A stretch of DNA of 64,000 nucleotides from Chthoniobacteraceae bacterium (GCA_037190965.1 JBBCKI010000023.1:1-64000); one strand, 5' to 3'. Counted from the first letter of the stretch, positions 1-11,409 are shown. Numbers and translations: made by a program. The notes: generated from the letters alone by a model not told the origin.

Positions 1-2
1 TA

Positions 3-317
3 ACAACGCCAACAAAGCAGGGTCTCGGATGGGAGTCGTGCCATCTGTATCAGCCAAACGAAGTCCGACTGAACATCCGAAAGGACATCGCGCAAGCTTT
101 GAAGAAGCAACATCATGTCCAGCCTCTTAGGTCTAAACAAGCATTAGCAATCGAGGTAGAATTCGCCTGGTCAGGATTAGCCGACCGTTTTGATAAAATA
201 TCGTGGGTCAAACGCAATCACGCTAGACGAATCGCATGGGAGATTTCAGATGCAAGAGACATTTATTCATGGCCATCTGACCAATGGCAGCCTGTTTCCA
301 AAGATGCTAAAAGTTAA
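3..317 (+). CDS. Partial CDS (5' end outside window), probable M55-family metallopeptidase (DppA-like) C-terminus
   Basis: Frame is open from position 3: TKQGLGWESCHLYQPNEVRLNIRKDIAQAL...IEVEFAWSGLADRFDKISWVKRNHARRIAW resembles the M55 C-terminal pattern. Confidence 0.5.
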   Translation, partial: TTPTKQGLGWESCHLYQPNEVRLNIRKDIAQALKKQHHVQPLRSKQALAIEVEFAWSGLADRFDKISWVKRNHARRIAWEISDARDIYSWPSDQWQPVSKDAKS

Positions 318-324
318 AAAAATT

Positions 325-1593
325 ATGAATCGAAACCTACTATCAATGATGTGTGCTATCAGCTCGGCATCATGCCTGACTGCGGGAGAACCACAATCAG
401 GATCGCCTGAGGCTTTATGGACTACAATACCCATCGTGGCGTGGCATAGTGTTCCAACAGGATTTGCCACTCCCGAAAAGTATCAAGAAATGGCCTCGGC
501 TGGATTTACCATGTGCGTCCCACCGGAGGCTAATTCCAATAACTTATACATTCATCTTGAATGCGCAGAGAAGGCAGGAATCAAGGTAATTATTCAGGAC
601 AGTAGAATGTGGACTGATCCCGAAGCCGTGGCGGCGGAGTTTAAATCTCACCCTGCTTTAGGAATGTATTATCTATGGGATGAGCCGAATACGACTAACT
701 TTAAGCATCTTGCAGAGGTGCGAGACGCCATTCGTAAAGAGGATCCAACCCATTTGGGATGGATTAACCTTCTTCCGAACTATGCGACGCCGGATCAGCT
801 TGTTGCGGAAAGCTTTACCCAGTATCTTGACCGCTATGTTGAAGAAGTTAAACCACAGTTCCTGAGCTACGATTTTTATGGAATCGTTCAGGAAGCGGGA
901 GCAACCATGTTGCGGAAGGGTTTTTTCGACAACCTTGAGGAAGTGTCGAAAAAGGCACGGAAACAGGCAATCCCCTTTTGGGCGTTTGTCCTGGCGACAC
1001 CTTTCGGTCCTCATCCGACCCCGGCTGAAGGCGAACTGAGATTTCAGGTTTTCGCTAGTTTGGCGTACGGAGCCAGGGGTATCCAGTACTTCACCTACTG
1101 GACTCCAGAAAATGCTGAAGGAGTTTCTTCGTATACGGCCTTTAAGGACGGGCCTATTTCGGCAGATGGAACGAAGACGCCTTCGCTTGATCTAATTGGC
1201 AAGGTAAACTCTGAGGTTCACTCTTTGGCGCCAGCACTCGTAAAGCTAACGCTTGAAAGCGTGAAGCACTTCGAAACGATCGACGAAGAACTTGAGGCAT
1301 TTTCCCCAGGTTACGGAATTGATTCGCTCCGCGGTTCGACTGTGATTACTAGCTTCTTTTCAGATCGCGATGCAAACTGGTGGGTTCTCGTTGTCAACCG
1401 AAGCTTTGAGCTTGATGGTGAGGTTACCCTTACGTTGCAGAAGCCTATAAATTCTGTTTATGAGGTCAACAAACAAAAAGGGAATCTTGAGGAAGTGAAA
1501 ATGCAAGCGGAGGGGAGAAAACAGGCTTTCTCCGTGAAACTTAGCCCGGGGGACGGAAGACTATTTAAGCTCAGCAAAGCCAGCGATCGGTGA
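325..1593 (+). CDS. Secreted putative glycoside hydrolase (clan GH-A-like TIM barrel plus C-terminal beta domain)
   Basis: ATG at 325 gives a signal-peptide-like start. Motifs WDEP, INLLPNY, SYDFY and LRFQVFASLAYGARGIQYFTYW. Confidence 0.6.
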   Translation: MNRNLLSMMCAISSASCLTAGEPQSGSPEALWTTIPIVAWHSVPTGFATPEKYQEMASAGFTMCVPPEANSNNLYIHLECAEKAGIKVIIQDSRMWTDPEAVAAEFKSHPALGMYYLWDEPNTTNFKHLAEVRDAIRKEDPTHLGWINLLPNYATPDQLVAESFTQYLDRYVEEVKPQFLSYDFYGIVQEAGATMLRKGFFDNLEEVSKKARKQAIPFWAFVLATPFGPHPTPAEGELRFQVFASLAYGARGIQYFTYWTPENAEGVSSYTAFKDGPISADGTKTPSLDLIGKVNSEVHSLAPALVKLTLESVKHFETIDEELEAFSPGYGIDSLRGSTVITSFFSDRDANWWVLVVNRSFELDGEVTLTLQKPINSVYEVNKQKGNLEEVKMQAEGRKQAFSVKLSPGDGRLFKLSKASDR

Positions 1594-1791
1594 GGCGTTG
1601 TGGCATATTTCCACTTACCCTCCATCATTTTTTGATGCTTTACGGTGCGCGACTATTTCATTGCCGGAAAGTTCCGGTTCGGTTTCATCCCGGGCCAAGA
1701 GCAGCGCTCAAGACCGCGCCGGTGTCCCATCGAAACAAGATGCCAGCCCATTTATATAAAATAGTGAGCCTTAATTTTTCTGATTTAACTC

Positions 1792-3627
1792 ATGATGAAG
1801 CGCCCCCACATTCTTTGTAGTATTATGATCGGCCCAATATTGACCACCGCGCTTGCGCAAGCTGAGAACTCTGGCTTGAGCAAACTCAACGATGGTATGG
1901 GAAAAAACATACTACAGAATTACGGCTTCGAGGAGTTTAAGGAGTCTGAACTTTCTAAAGGAGATTCTTCATGGGGCAATCCCGGGGGAGTCCTGGAGAG
2001 TTCCACTAAGGCTGTTCCACCTATAGGTTGGAGTGTGTCATCTTGGAATCAGGCGTTCGTAAAAGAACGGTTCGGTCGCGGAACGCCAGGAAGGGATGGT
2101 TCTGGTTCGTGCTTGGAAATCTCCCCGACAACCAATGCCTCAACAATCGGCGTTGTCGAGTTTACATCTGATCCTTACTCGATAGTAGAAAAGCAAGCAT
2201 ACTTTTTTAAGGGTTATTACGCCTCCACATGCGACCGGGTCTCCATCTTTGGTGAATGGATCGACACAGAGGGAAAAAGCCTCGGAAAATTTGAAGTGAG
2301 ACTGCCAGACACCCAAGATGAGTGGATCCATTTTACGAAGAACATCACCTCTCCTGATAAAGCAGCACAACTGGTATTTACTCTCGAAAAGAAATGGCAG
2401 AAAGGCAGGGTTCGCTTCGACGACTTTTCTTTGCGGAAAGGACAACTGATCGACTACGTTGCCGAATTCGACTTACCAACAGCCGATAGAACCCCCTCTT
2501 ATCCCATTTTTGCCTGGTTAGGGCCGGGAAAGTGGCCCCGGCATGGTAAGGAAATGGAGGCATTTTACAATTCCGATGAGGTTCACCTTGATTATGTTCT
2601 GGCAGGCTTCAACGTCGGATATTCGCCCAGGTTTGGAACCCAGTATTTCGAGAGCATTCATGAGCCCGATCAAGCCGAAAAGCTTGATATTGCTAAGATG
2701 GATAAAGATTCGAACTTTTGGGCCTTTCATGGAATAGATGAGCCAGGCGAACAACTATTTCCTCACATTGCTAAAATGTACGAGCTTCTTCGGGCGCGCG
2801 GTTCTACCCGTCCGTATTGGATAAACCTACTTCCAACCTATGGTTTTGCATCATACGAAGACTACGAAAAGTATGTCCGAGATTTCATGCGACTCGTTCC
2901 CACCAAGACGGTAACTTTCGATCATTACACCCTACAAAAGGAAGGCGAGAAGTTTGTGACCCGCCGAGATTGGTTTGCCAATCTCGAAATATTTCGACGC
3001 CTCTCGCTCGAAAACAATGTAAGTTGGGGAATTATTATTCAGTTGGGCGCGTGGGGAGGACAGCCCACTCCAAACGAAAACGCTCTACGCTGGCAGGTTT
3101 TTAATTCCCTTGTCTATGGCTCCAAGGCCTTGGGGTGGTTCTGTTATCTCACCGAAATCGAATATGGAGGAATGAATTGGCGTGATCACGTACTTGATCG
3201 GGAGGGATTTCGCAGTGGAAATTATACAAAGGTCCGACGGCTAAATTCCAGACTAAATGCCCTCGGTGATACTCTTCTAAAATTACATTCTACTGGCGTC
3301 TTTCACTCTGATCCTCTACCTGAACTTACAGTCGGATTTGGGGGTTCGAAGCTAGTGTCAAATATTAACGGTGGACAGTTCGTATTTGGTGAGTTCTTGA
3401 GTGAAGACGGATCAACCTATTTTATGGTGTCCAATCGTGACATCAATGAGCCGGCGACAGCAAAGCTAACGTGGCGAACAATCCCGAAAGATATTCATGA
3501 AGTTTGCCAGACGGACGGTCGCTTAATCGAAGCTGAGGGTTTCCGATCCGACGCACAGGTGTGGTCACTAAAACTCGCTCCGGGTGAGGGGCGGCTCTTT
3601 AAGATATCACCTGTGAGCGCAGGTTGA
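1792..3627 (+). CDS. Secreted putative glycoside hydrolase with N-terminal CBM4/9-like domain, paralogue of 325-1593
   Basis: Signal peptide. NILQNYGFE...VRFDDFSL jelly-roll pattern. Motifs IDEP, INLLPTY, LRWQVFNSLVYG and LAPGEGRLFK are shared with the upstream gene. Confidence 0.6.
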   Translation: MMKRPHILCSIMIGPILTTALAQAENSGLSKLNDGMGKNILQNYGFEEFKESELSKGDSSWGNPGGVLESSTKAVPPIGWSVSSWNQAFVKERFGRGTPGRDGSGSCLEISPTTNASTIGVVEFTSDPYSIVEKQAYFFKGYYASTCDRVSIFGEWIDTEGKSLGKFEVRLPDTQDEWIHFTKNITSPDKAAQLVFTLEKKWQKGRVRFDDFSLRKGQLIDYVAEFDLPTADRTPSYPIFAWLGPGKWPRHGKEMEAFYNSDEVHLDYVLAGFNVGYSPRFGTQYFESIHEPDQAEKLDIAKMDKDSNFWAFHGIDEPGEQLFPHIAKMYELLRARGSTRPYWINLLPTYGFASYEDYEKYVRDFMRLVPTKTVTFDHYTLQKEGEKFVTRRDWFANLEIFRRLSLENNVSWGIIIQLGAWGGQPTPNENALRWQVFNSLVYGSKALGWFCYLTEIEYGGMNWRDHVLDREGFRSGNYTKVRRLNSRLNALGDTLLKLHSTGVFHSDPLPELTVGFGGSKLVSNINGGQFVFGEFLSEDGSTYFMVSNRDINEPATAKLTWRTIPKDIHEVCQTDGRLIEAEGFRSDAQVWSLKLAPGEGRLFKISPVSAG

Positions 3628-3913
3628 TTTTTGTGTTCGGAGTATTTCACCTCTCCATATCCGCCGGCCTCTGGGGACTAAAGGAATCATATAAAGACTT
3701 TTCTCCTATATACTAGGGTAGCCAACTTCCACAGTGCCTCCCGTCTCACCGAGATGACCTTTGAGAAGAGTAACTCTCCTGGAAGATTTCGAGGATGCCT
3801 TGGCGCAAGATAAGGGCATCCGTTTGCATTAGAGAAGGAACGGCTTGATTGATAAGAGGCGTTTAGTAAATGCCCAGCCACCTCGATATGAAAACACGGG
3901 AAAGCATCAGAGA

Positions 3914-6328
3914 ATGAGCAGTATCATGGAATCAGACTGGATCCGGGTCAAAAGAATGCCCCACAAGCACGATTGCTTCCTGGCATTTCGGGCTAGGTTT
4001 CAAGTTGATCGTCTGCCTCTCCAGGCGCATTTGCATATTGCTGCCGATAGCGACTTCGTTGCCTGGATTAACGGAGAAGAAGTGGCCAGAGGGCAATTTC
4101 CAGACTTCAGCGAAGCCAGGACCTATGGCACGTTTGATTGTCGTAAGTATCTGCAATCGGGGTGTAATACAATCGCCATTGGGGTGGCTTATAAAGGCGA
4201 GGATTTTGCTCAACACCAAACTGGGCCAATGGGTCTCATCGCGCTAGTTGAAGGAGATGGAGAAGCCCTTTGCTCCAGCGGTGAGCGTTGGCGGGGCATC
4301 GTTGACCCGGCCTACCGCCAAGGATTTGCCGAGCGAATGACCGTGCAGTGCGGCTACACCTTTGCCTTTGATGCACGCAAGGAGCTGGACTGGAGGGCAC
4401 CAAGCTGTTCGGACAGGAAATGGGAAAGCGCCTTTGTGGTGCAGAAGGGAGCGGTTGGAGCGATCTGGCCGTCTTTAACCGCGAGACCTTTGCCGTCCCT
4501 TGTTTTGGGGGACCTTATGCCCGCTCAGATTGTAGCGCAGGGATATTTTCTACGAGGCGGTAACTATGACTCTGTCGCCGAGGCGATGAGTTGTTCATTT
4601 CTGTGCTCGGTAGTCCCGGAAAAGATATTCAGGCTCCCGGCAAGCCATTATGCAGCCTACGGAGGGCCCCCTGCAAACCCCGCCTTGAAGATGGGCTCAA
4701 AGGGCGGACTACCATTGCAGTCACCTTCAAAATCAGTTGATGGCTGTTATGTCATTTTTGACCTCAAGCAAGAGATGGTTGGCTTGCTTGAATTCGAGAT
4801 TGATGCAGAAGCAGGCACCGTTCTTGAAATCGCCCATGGAGAGCATCTGGATGACGGGCGCGTCCGGATGAAGATCGAAAGCCGGAATTTCGCAGATCGC
4901 TATATCTGCAAAGCGGGACGACAGAAGTTCCAGATGCCTTACCGCAGGTTTGGCGCGCGCTTTTTGCAGGTGCATGTTTCAAAATTTCAAAGCCTCGTAT
5001 TTCACTCCTTCAGCTTGAGGCAGGTAAACTACCCCACCGAACAGAAGAGTGCGTTTCAATCCTCGGATTCCATGACCAACCGTATCTTTGAGGTTGCGGT
5101 AAGAACTCTGGAGCTATGCCGGCACGAACATTATGAGGATTGCCCCTGGCGCGAGCAGGCTCTCTACGCCTACGATGCACGGCTGCAGGCTCGATACGGC
5201 TACCATGCTTTCGGAGACTACCGGTTTCCGGAGGTCTCGTTTTCCCTGTTGGGCAGAAGCTTGCGGCCTGATCACCTCATCGCGCTTACAGCGCCAAGCC
5301 GTGTAGATCTTGTTATCCCTATATTCAGTTTTGCTTGGATTGCGGCGTTGGCAGAGCATTACCTCTACAGCGGCGGTCCCGCGCTAATTGAAAAATTCGC
5401 GCCTTCTGTAGCTAACATTCTAGAATCTGCCCTCACGCGTTTTGACCGCGATACGGGTTTGTATCGTCCCCCCACGGGGAAGGACTACTGGCATTTTTAC
5501 GAATGGACACCAGGGCTGTGCGGAGAGATCGGTAACGGTGAAACCGGAGGCCAGCATCATGCCGCCTATAACCTGCACCTTTATGAAGCGTTACTGGCCG
5601 CAGAGTGGATGACGACGGCTTTAGGGAAATCGCCAATGGTCAAAAACCAAAAACGGATCATGGTACAACATAAGAAGGCGTTGCATTCCGCGTTTTGGGA
5701 TGAATCCTTAAAAGGGTATCGTTCCGTAAGAGAGCGAAATGGAGAGCTTTGCGGGGAGCACGAACTGATTCAGGCGCTCTTCCTCGCGTTGGGTGTTGTC
5801 CCCCCCGGTTATAAGAAGAGCCTGTTGGAGGGCATCATCGCCGGGCGCTTTGTTCCTTGCACGCCGAGCGCCACCTTTTACCTCCTCAAGGCGATGACCG
5901 GAGGCGGAGCCGAGGCCCGGGAATGGATCGACCGGCGGCTTCTCGCCAAATGGGAGGAGATGATCCTAAGGGGCGCAACATCCCTGTGGGAAACCGAAGC
6001 CGGAGGAGATGATTTCAACTTTGCTGGCAGCCTGTGCCATGGTTGGAGTGCATTAGCTGCTTACTACTGCTCAAGCTCTATCCTCGGCGTCGAACCCGCG
6101 ACGCCCGGTTTTGAGCAATTCCGCATCCGGGTGATGCCGGGGAGGCACCAGAACTGCAAAGGGAGCATCCCGACTCCGTACGGCAACATCGAGGTTGAAT
6201 GGGAAAAATGCCGCACGCTGTTGGAGATCCGGGCGAAAGGCCCTGAAGAATGCCGCCCAATACTGGAAGCTCTACCCGAAAGCCCCATTTTCTGGGCGAC
6301 CTATAATGGCAAACCCGTGGAACCTTGA
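3914..6328 (+). CDS. Alpha-L-rhamnosidase, GH78 family
   Basis: Motifs EDCPWREQ, GATSLWE and SLCHGWS, plus C-terminal PTPYGNIEVEW. Confidence 0.85.
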   Translation: MSSIMESDWIRVKRMPHKHDCFLAFRARFQVDRLPLQAHLHIAADSDFVAWINGEEVARGQFPDFSEARTYGTFDCRKYLQSGCNTIAIGVAYKGEDFAQHQTGPMGLIALVEGDGEALCSSGERWRGIVDPAYRQGFAERMTVQCGYTFAFDARKELDWRAPSCSDRKWESAFVVQKGAVGAIWPSLTARPLPSLVLGDLMPAQIVAQGYFLRGGNYDSVAEAMSCSFLCSVVPEKIFRLPASHYAAYGGPPANPALKMGSKGGLPLQSPSKSVDGCYVIFDLKQEMVGLLEFEIDAEAGTVLEIAHGEHLDDGRVRMKIESRNFADRYICKAGRQKFQMPYRRFGARFLQVHVSKFQSLVFHSFSLRQVNYPTEQKSAFQSSDSMTNRIFEVAVRTLELCRHEHYEDCPWREQALYAYDARLQARYGYHAFGDYRFPEVSFSLLGRSLRPDHLIALTAPSRVDLVIPIFSFAWIAALAEHYLYSGGPALIEKFAPSVANILESALTRFDRDTGLYRPPTGKDYWHFYEWTPGLCGEIGNGETGGQHHAAYNLHLYEALLAAEWMTTALGKSPMVKNQKRIMVQHKKALHSAFWDESLKGYRSVRERNGELCGEHELIQALFLALGVVPPGYKKSLLEGIIAGRFVPCTPSATFYLLKAMTGGGAEAREWIDRRLLAKWEEMILRGATSLWETEAGGDDFNFAGSLCHGWSALAAYYCSSSILGVEPATPGFEQFRIRVMPGRHQNCKGSIPTPYGNIEVEWEKCRTLLEIRAKGPEECRPILEALPESPIFWATYNGKPVEP

Positions 6329-7089
6329 GCCTCTCGGAGAGGTATCCTGTTCCGGAAGGTTCATACCGCAGTAGAGGCGTAGGAGCGGAAATCCTACGCT
6401 CCCCATGCGCTAAACGCCTGGATATGCCCGATCCCATGCCATTTCAGAACGTGAAGCTCGAACGGCGGCGGGCTACGACTCGCTATAGCAGTCGCATCAA
6501 TCCCGCGGCGCTTCTCAAAGCCGCAAAGGTGGAGTTGGGTGATGCCTCGGGTCGGCAGGAGCAGTTCAAGATCTTCTGCCTGGCTCTCCTCTGTGGCTTG
6601 CGGAAGCGTGAGATCGATGCGCTCCTCTGGCGGTCGGTGGACTTTGGCAAGGCTGTAATCCGTATCGAGCGCACGGAGTACTTCCAGCCCAAGAGTGAGG
6701 AAAGTGCGTCGGAGATTGATTTGGCTCATGAGCTTATAAATATCTTTCACAAGTTCCATTCAGCCGCGACGGGCTAGTTTGTCGTCGAGTCGAGTAACCC
6801 AGCCCGATATCACCTGAGCCGGGCAAACTACCGTGCTGAACTTGAGTTCCCTGGATTGTATGCGTGGCTCGGAAGCAAAGGCGTGTCCGCCCGAAAGAAA
6901 CTTCACGAAATCCGGAAGGAATGTGGATCTGTCATTGCCAACAATTTGGGCATTTTCGCCGCGTTCCGAGCCCTGCGGCACGGCGATAATCGGATCACGT
7001 CGCAGTATTACTCGGATAAGAAGGTGAGGATCACGACGGGCTTGGATTCATTGTTGTCTAATTCCACCCATCTTTCGGGGAACGATTGA
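6325..7089 (+). pseudogene. Tyrosine recombinase/integrase remnant, N-terminally truncated, with an in-frame TAG at 6775-6777
   Basis: GLRKREID (catalytic R), then in the same frame after the stop LHEIRK, LRH and QYY. Confidence 0.85.
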
Positions 7090-7210
7090 GGTGGGATTGG
7101 AAAAACGGCAACCGCTCCATTAAAGAGGCGCGGCCTTGTAAAACCGCCCTAAAAAGGGGACAAGTTGGAGCGCCGGATCGCTGTGACCCTCCCATCTCCC
7201 ACCTCTTGCA

Positions 7211-8059
7211 ATGAAAATACAGGCGGTTATTGACCTTACGGCCCGCGAACCGGTTCTCCCCCGGTTCCCCAACTATGGCCTTTGCATTTTGGAAAGTCGC
7301 CATGCCCATGGATTCAAGATGGCCCCCAGTCAATATGACTTTTGGGAGATCATGCTTGTGATTGGGGGCAGCGGATGGGTGTGCAACGGCGACACGCGCC
7401 ACCCCCTCAAGCGGCGCGACCTCATCGCGATTCCTGCGGGGAGTTCTTACTACCTTGAAGATCACGCCGCGGCTCCTCTCGCGGTCTTCTGTCTTTGTAT
7501 TCGGCCGACTCCGGCTCAAGAGGCGCTCTTCAAGCCCCTGCTCCCTAAGACCTTCGCCGTTCTCCGGAGCCTGCCGCTCTCCGAGGAAGCCGCCTTTCAC
7601 CTCCGGGCGATTCTCTTCGAACAAAGCGGCCCGCAGGCGTGGAGCGAAGCCGTTGTCACCGCCCAGACGTTACTGCTTCTGCCAAAACTATCCCGCAAGC
7701 GGACACCCCCGGACAGCACTTCCTCCAAAGAGGTCGAGCTACTTGCCCGCGTGCGCGACTATGTGGAGCAACTCAAGAACCGCTTTCACGAGCCTGAAAC
7801 CATTGAAACCGTTGCCGGGCGCCTTGGCATGAGCCCCAAGAGCCTGACGACCCATTTTCGGCAAATTACCGGATTTTCCCGTCTGCGCTACATCCAGAAT
7901 CTGCGGCTCGATTACGCCTGCCATCTTTTGAAGTCTTCGGATCAGTCGATCACCTCCATTGCCTTTGCCTGCGGCTTCGAAGATCTCTCGACATTTTTCC
8001 GCGCCTTTCGCCTGGCCAAACAGCGGAGCCCCAGTCAGTGGCGCGAGCAGGCCGACTGA
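7211..8059 (+). CDS. AraC-family transcriptional regulator (cupin plus HTH)
   Basis: C-terminal SITSIAFACGFEDLSTFFRAFR...SPSQWR. Confidence 0.95.
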   Translation: MKIQAVIDLTAREPVLPRFPNYGLCILESRHAHGFKMAPSQYDFWEIMLVIGGSGWVCNGDTRHPLKRRDLIAIPAGSSYYLEDHAAAPLAVFCLCIRPTPAQEALFKPLLPKTFAVLRSLPLSEEAAFHLRAILFEQSGPQAWSEAVVTAQTLLLLPKLSRKRTPPDSTSSKEVELLARVRDYVEQLKNRFHEPETIETVAGRLGMSPKSLTTHFRQITGFSRLRYIQNLRLDYACHLLKSSDQSITSIAFACGFEDLSTFFRAFRLAKQRSPSQWREQAD

Positions 8060-8188
8060 TTACCCATTTTCCCAATCGCTGTTTCCCAAAACGCCAAGAC
8101 GAAAGGGCCGTGCTTGTTTACGATCGCCCGAGTTGGTGCATTGGAACCTTCCAGTCGATTTTTAACCAATCTTATTGATCAATTCATC

Positions 8189-9394
8189 ATGTCTCAAACC
8201 ATCAAGCCCACTCGTTTTGCGGTGATCGGAGCCCGTCGAGGTCGTACCTTCATCCACTCCGCCAACTCCCTCGGTGAGAAGGGAGTCACCCTTGCGGCGG
8301 TTTGCGATTGCGACCTCTCCGCCCTTGAGGAGTGGAAGGGCACCCCCGGCGTTAAATGCTATTCGCACTATGAGCAGGTCTTGAACGACCCCAATATCGA
8401 TGCCGTCTGTCTTGCCACCCCCGTGCCGCTCCATGCCCGGCAGGCGATTGCCGCTCTTGAAGCAGGAAAGCACGTCTTGAGCGAAGTCACCGCGGCTTAC
8501 ACCCTGGACGAGTGTTGGGACCTGGTCGCCGCCGTCCGCAAAAGCGGGTTGACCTACATGATGGCGGAGAACTACTGCTTCATGGAACCGGTGCTCCAGA
8601 TCCAGCGGATGGCGGAGGAAGGCGTCTTTGGAGAGATCACCTATGCATCGGGCAGCTACATCCATGATTGCAGGGATCTTTTCTTCACCGAGGAAGGAGA
8701 ACTCACGTGGCGCGGCGAATTGAGAAGAAGCCTGCAACCGGCCTCTTCCTACCCCACCCATTCCCTCGGGCCGGTTGCCCGCTGGCTTGGCATCAACCGC
8801 ACCGACTTTTTCAAAAGCACCTCATCCAGGGCGAGCCAAAGCGCCTCGATCGCTCACTACATCAAACGCAATCAGGCCAGGCTGCCAAACTTCTCCCCCT
8901 CGGATCGCTGGCTGCACCCCGACACGGTGACCACCTGCATCAACACGGAAAAGGGGGCGCTTATTGATCTCCGCATCGATTGGGATTCGGCACGCCCTCA
9001 TCAAATGTGTCGCTATGAGCTTCAGGGGACCAAAGCTGCGTTCTGCTGGCCTGACAGCCCCGGAAAAAGCGAGCCGTTGATCTGGATTGAAGATCGCAGC
9101 CCCACCAGCGACACCGGAGTCGCCCATGACTGGGAGCCGCTCTCAAACTACAGCAAGGAGTTTGGGCATCCCCTCTGGCGCTCCTTCGGGGACGAAGCTC
9201 AAAAAGCCGGGCACGGAGGAGGCGATTTCTTCGTCCTTCGTGAGTTTGTCGGCGCAATCCGGGAAGAGCGCGCTCCATTGATCGACGTCGTAGACGCCGT
9301 GAGTTGGTCAAGCATCACCCCGCTCAGCCAGCAATCCATCGCCCAGGGCAATGCCTCGGTCGCAATTCCCCGTTTTGATCAGGCACGGCCATGA
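8189..9394 (+). CDS. Gfo/Idh/MocA-family oxidoreductase
   Basis: [26 protein letters not shown] and GHGGGD. Confidence 0.9.
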   Translation: MSQTIKPTRFAVIGARRGRTFIHSANSLGEKGVTLAAVCDCDLSALEEWKGTPGVKCYSHYEQVLNDPNIDAVCLATPVPLHARQAIAALEAGKHVLSEVTAAYTLDECWDLVAAVRKSGLTYMMAENYCFMEPVLQIQRMAEEGVFGEITYASGSYIHDCRDLFFTEEGELTWRGELRRSLQPASSYPTHSLGPVARWLGINRTDFFKSTSSRASQSASIAHYIKRNQARLPNFSPSDRWLHPDTVTTCINTEKGALIDLRIDWDSARPHQMCRYELQGTKAAFCWPDSPGKSEPLIWIEDRSPTSDTGVAHDWEPLSNYSKEFGHPLWRSFGDEAQKAGHGGGDFFVLREFVGAIREERAPLIDVVDAVSWSSITPLSQQSIAQGNASVAIPRFDQARP

Positions 9395-10568
9395 AAATCA
9401 CCTCCATAGAAACCACATCTGCCACGCGCGGATGCGAAACTGGATCTTCGTCAAAGTCATCACCGACCAACCTGGCCTCTGGGGATGGGGCGAAGCCACG
9501 CTGGAGTGGCATACCCGCTCCGTAGTGGGAGCGGTTGAAGACATCTCCCAACTCCTCATTGGCGAAGATCCCCGCCGGATCGAGCACCTATGGCAGATGA
9601 TGTACCGCCAGCATTTCTGGCATGGCAACGGCATCGTCCGGGGGACAGCAATCAGCGGGATCGATATCGCCTTATGGGACATTCTTGGCAAAGTGCACGG
9701 CGCTCCGTGCCACCAACTCTGGGGCGGCCCCGTGCGGGATTACGTCCGGCTTTATTGCCACCTCGGAGGGGGGAAGATGGAAGCGTTCTACGAAACCTCC
9801 CCTTCTGACGCCCACTGCTTTGCCGAGTTGGCGCAAGCCGCCGTTGATGACGGGTTCACCGCCTTTAAGTGCATGGCCGTCCCTGAAACCGCGCCACTCG
9901 AAGGGTTGCGCCCAATTCACTATGCAGAAGCCTGCGTCAAAGCCTTGCGCGAAGCGGTCGGCCCCGACATCGACATCATGGTCGATTGCCACGCCCGCCC
10001 GTCCCCCCGCATGGGGATGCGCTTCGCTAAGGCGCTGGAGCCCTATAGTCTCTACTTTCTCGAAGAGCCATGTTGGCCCGAGGCGATGGAAGATATCGCT
10101 CGGATTCAGGAGGCCGTCACCACCCCGATCGCCACCGGCGAACGGCTGATCGCCCAATATGCCTTCCGGGAGCTCTTCGAAAAGCGGGCGGCCAGCGTTA
10201 TCCAGCCCGACATCACCCATTGCGGGGGCTTGAGCGAAGCACGCCGTATCGCCGCCATGGCAGAAGCGTACCGCATCTCGATCGCCCCGCATAACCCACA
10301 AGGCCCGGTCAGCACTGCCGCATCGTTGGAACTTGGCTTCGCCACCCCGTCCTATATCATCTGCGAAGCTGTTCATAGTGATGTCCCGTGGAGAGAGGAT
10401 GTCGTGAGTGAATCATTTACCGTGGAGAAGAAAGGCCGCCTCGTCCGCCCCTCCAGCAAACCGGGGCTCGGGATTGAGATCAACGAAAAGGAAATCGCCA
10501 AACACCCCTTTCAACAGGAACTCCTCCAGCGATCCTTTTCACCAGACGGAGCCGTTACTGATTGGTAG
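9391..10568 (+). pseudogene. dgoD: Galactonate dehydratase-like enolase-superfamily enzyme with a 1 bp frameshift at about codon 8
   Basis: The ATG at 9391 overlaps the upstream TGA and reads MKITSIET. The body ([15 protein letters not shown]...GWGEATLE...DCHAR...EEP...GER...HNPQGP) is in a different frame. Confidence 0.75.
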
Positions 10569-10603
10569 CGATCAGTCATGCTCACTTACGCTTACCAAGC
10601 CCC

Positions 10604-11368
10604 ATGATGCTCAACATGCAACCGGGAGTCGCCGCCATCAGCGGAGGCGCGGGAGATATTGGCCGCGCCATCGCCAGGCTTTTTGCCGAGGCCGGGTGCC
10701 GCATTGCGCTCGCTGATATTGCAGACTTAGACGAGCTAGTTCCTTGCGGAGATGCTTTCTATTACGAAAAAGTCGATGTCGCCGATCCCGAGGCTGTCGA
10801 AGGATGGTACGACCGCGTGGAGGCTCATTTCGGCGAAGCCCCCCGCTATATCATTCCGAACGCAGCCATCGTGACCCTGAAGCGATATCTGGAAATCACC
10901 GCAGAAGAATGGAAGCGCGAACTGGACATAAATCTGAACGGCGCGTTCTACTTTGCAATCTCGGGGGCGCGCCGGCTCATCGCGGCTAAAAACCCGACCG
11001 GGGGCCGGATTGTCTTCATTGGGAGTTGGGCCGCCCACGCTCCTCACCCTCCACTTCCCACCTACTCCGTCGCCAAGGCAGGCTTGAGGATGCTCAATCA
11101 AACCCTGGCGATTGAGTTGGCCCCGCATGGCATTCTCGTCAATGAAGTGGCTCCGGGATTTGTGGACGCCGGGCTAAGCGGGCGCATCTTTAGCACGCAA
11201 CCCGAGACGCGTCTCCGCGCCATCGAAAGCGTTCCCATTGGCAAGCTCCTTTCCGCCGATGACGTTGCCACACAGGTCTTCTATCTCTGTAGCGACGCCG
11301 GAAGCCAAACCACCGGGAGCACCCTGCTCGTTGACGGCGGCCTCTCCCTGCTGCAAGGGCCAAGGTGA
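10604..11368 (+). CDS. SDR-family oxidoreductase
   Basis: SGGAGDIG, YSVAK and VDGG. Confidence 0.9.
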   Translation: MMLNMQPGVAAISGGAGDIGRAIARLFAEAGCRIALADIADLDELVPCGDAFYYEKVDVADPEAVEGWYDRVEAHFGEAPRYIIPNAAIVTLKRYLEITAEEWKRELDINLNGAFYFAISGARRLIAAKNPTGGRIVFIGSWAAHAPHPPLPTYSVAKAGLRMLNQTLAIELAPHGILVNEVAPGFVDAGLSGRIFSTQPETRLRAIESVPIGKLLSADDVATQVFYLCSDAGSQTTGSTLLVDGGLSLLQGPR

Positions 11369-11409
11369 GGGCCAGACACCGGTAAGAAATAGTTTTTCCC
11401 TGCGCGAAA

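Noticed and set aside
6775..6777. In-frame TAG as pyrrolysine or recoding
   Set aside because: The gene is also N-terminally truncated, and TAG is a normal stop elsewhere in the window.
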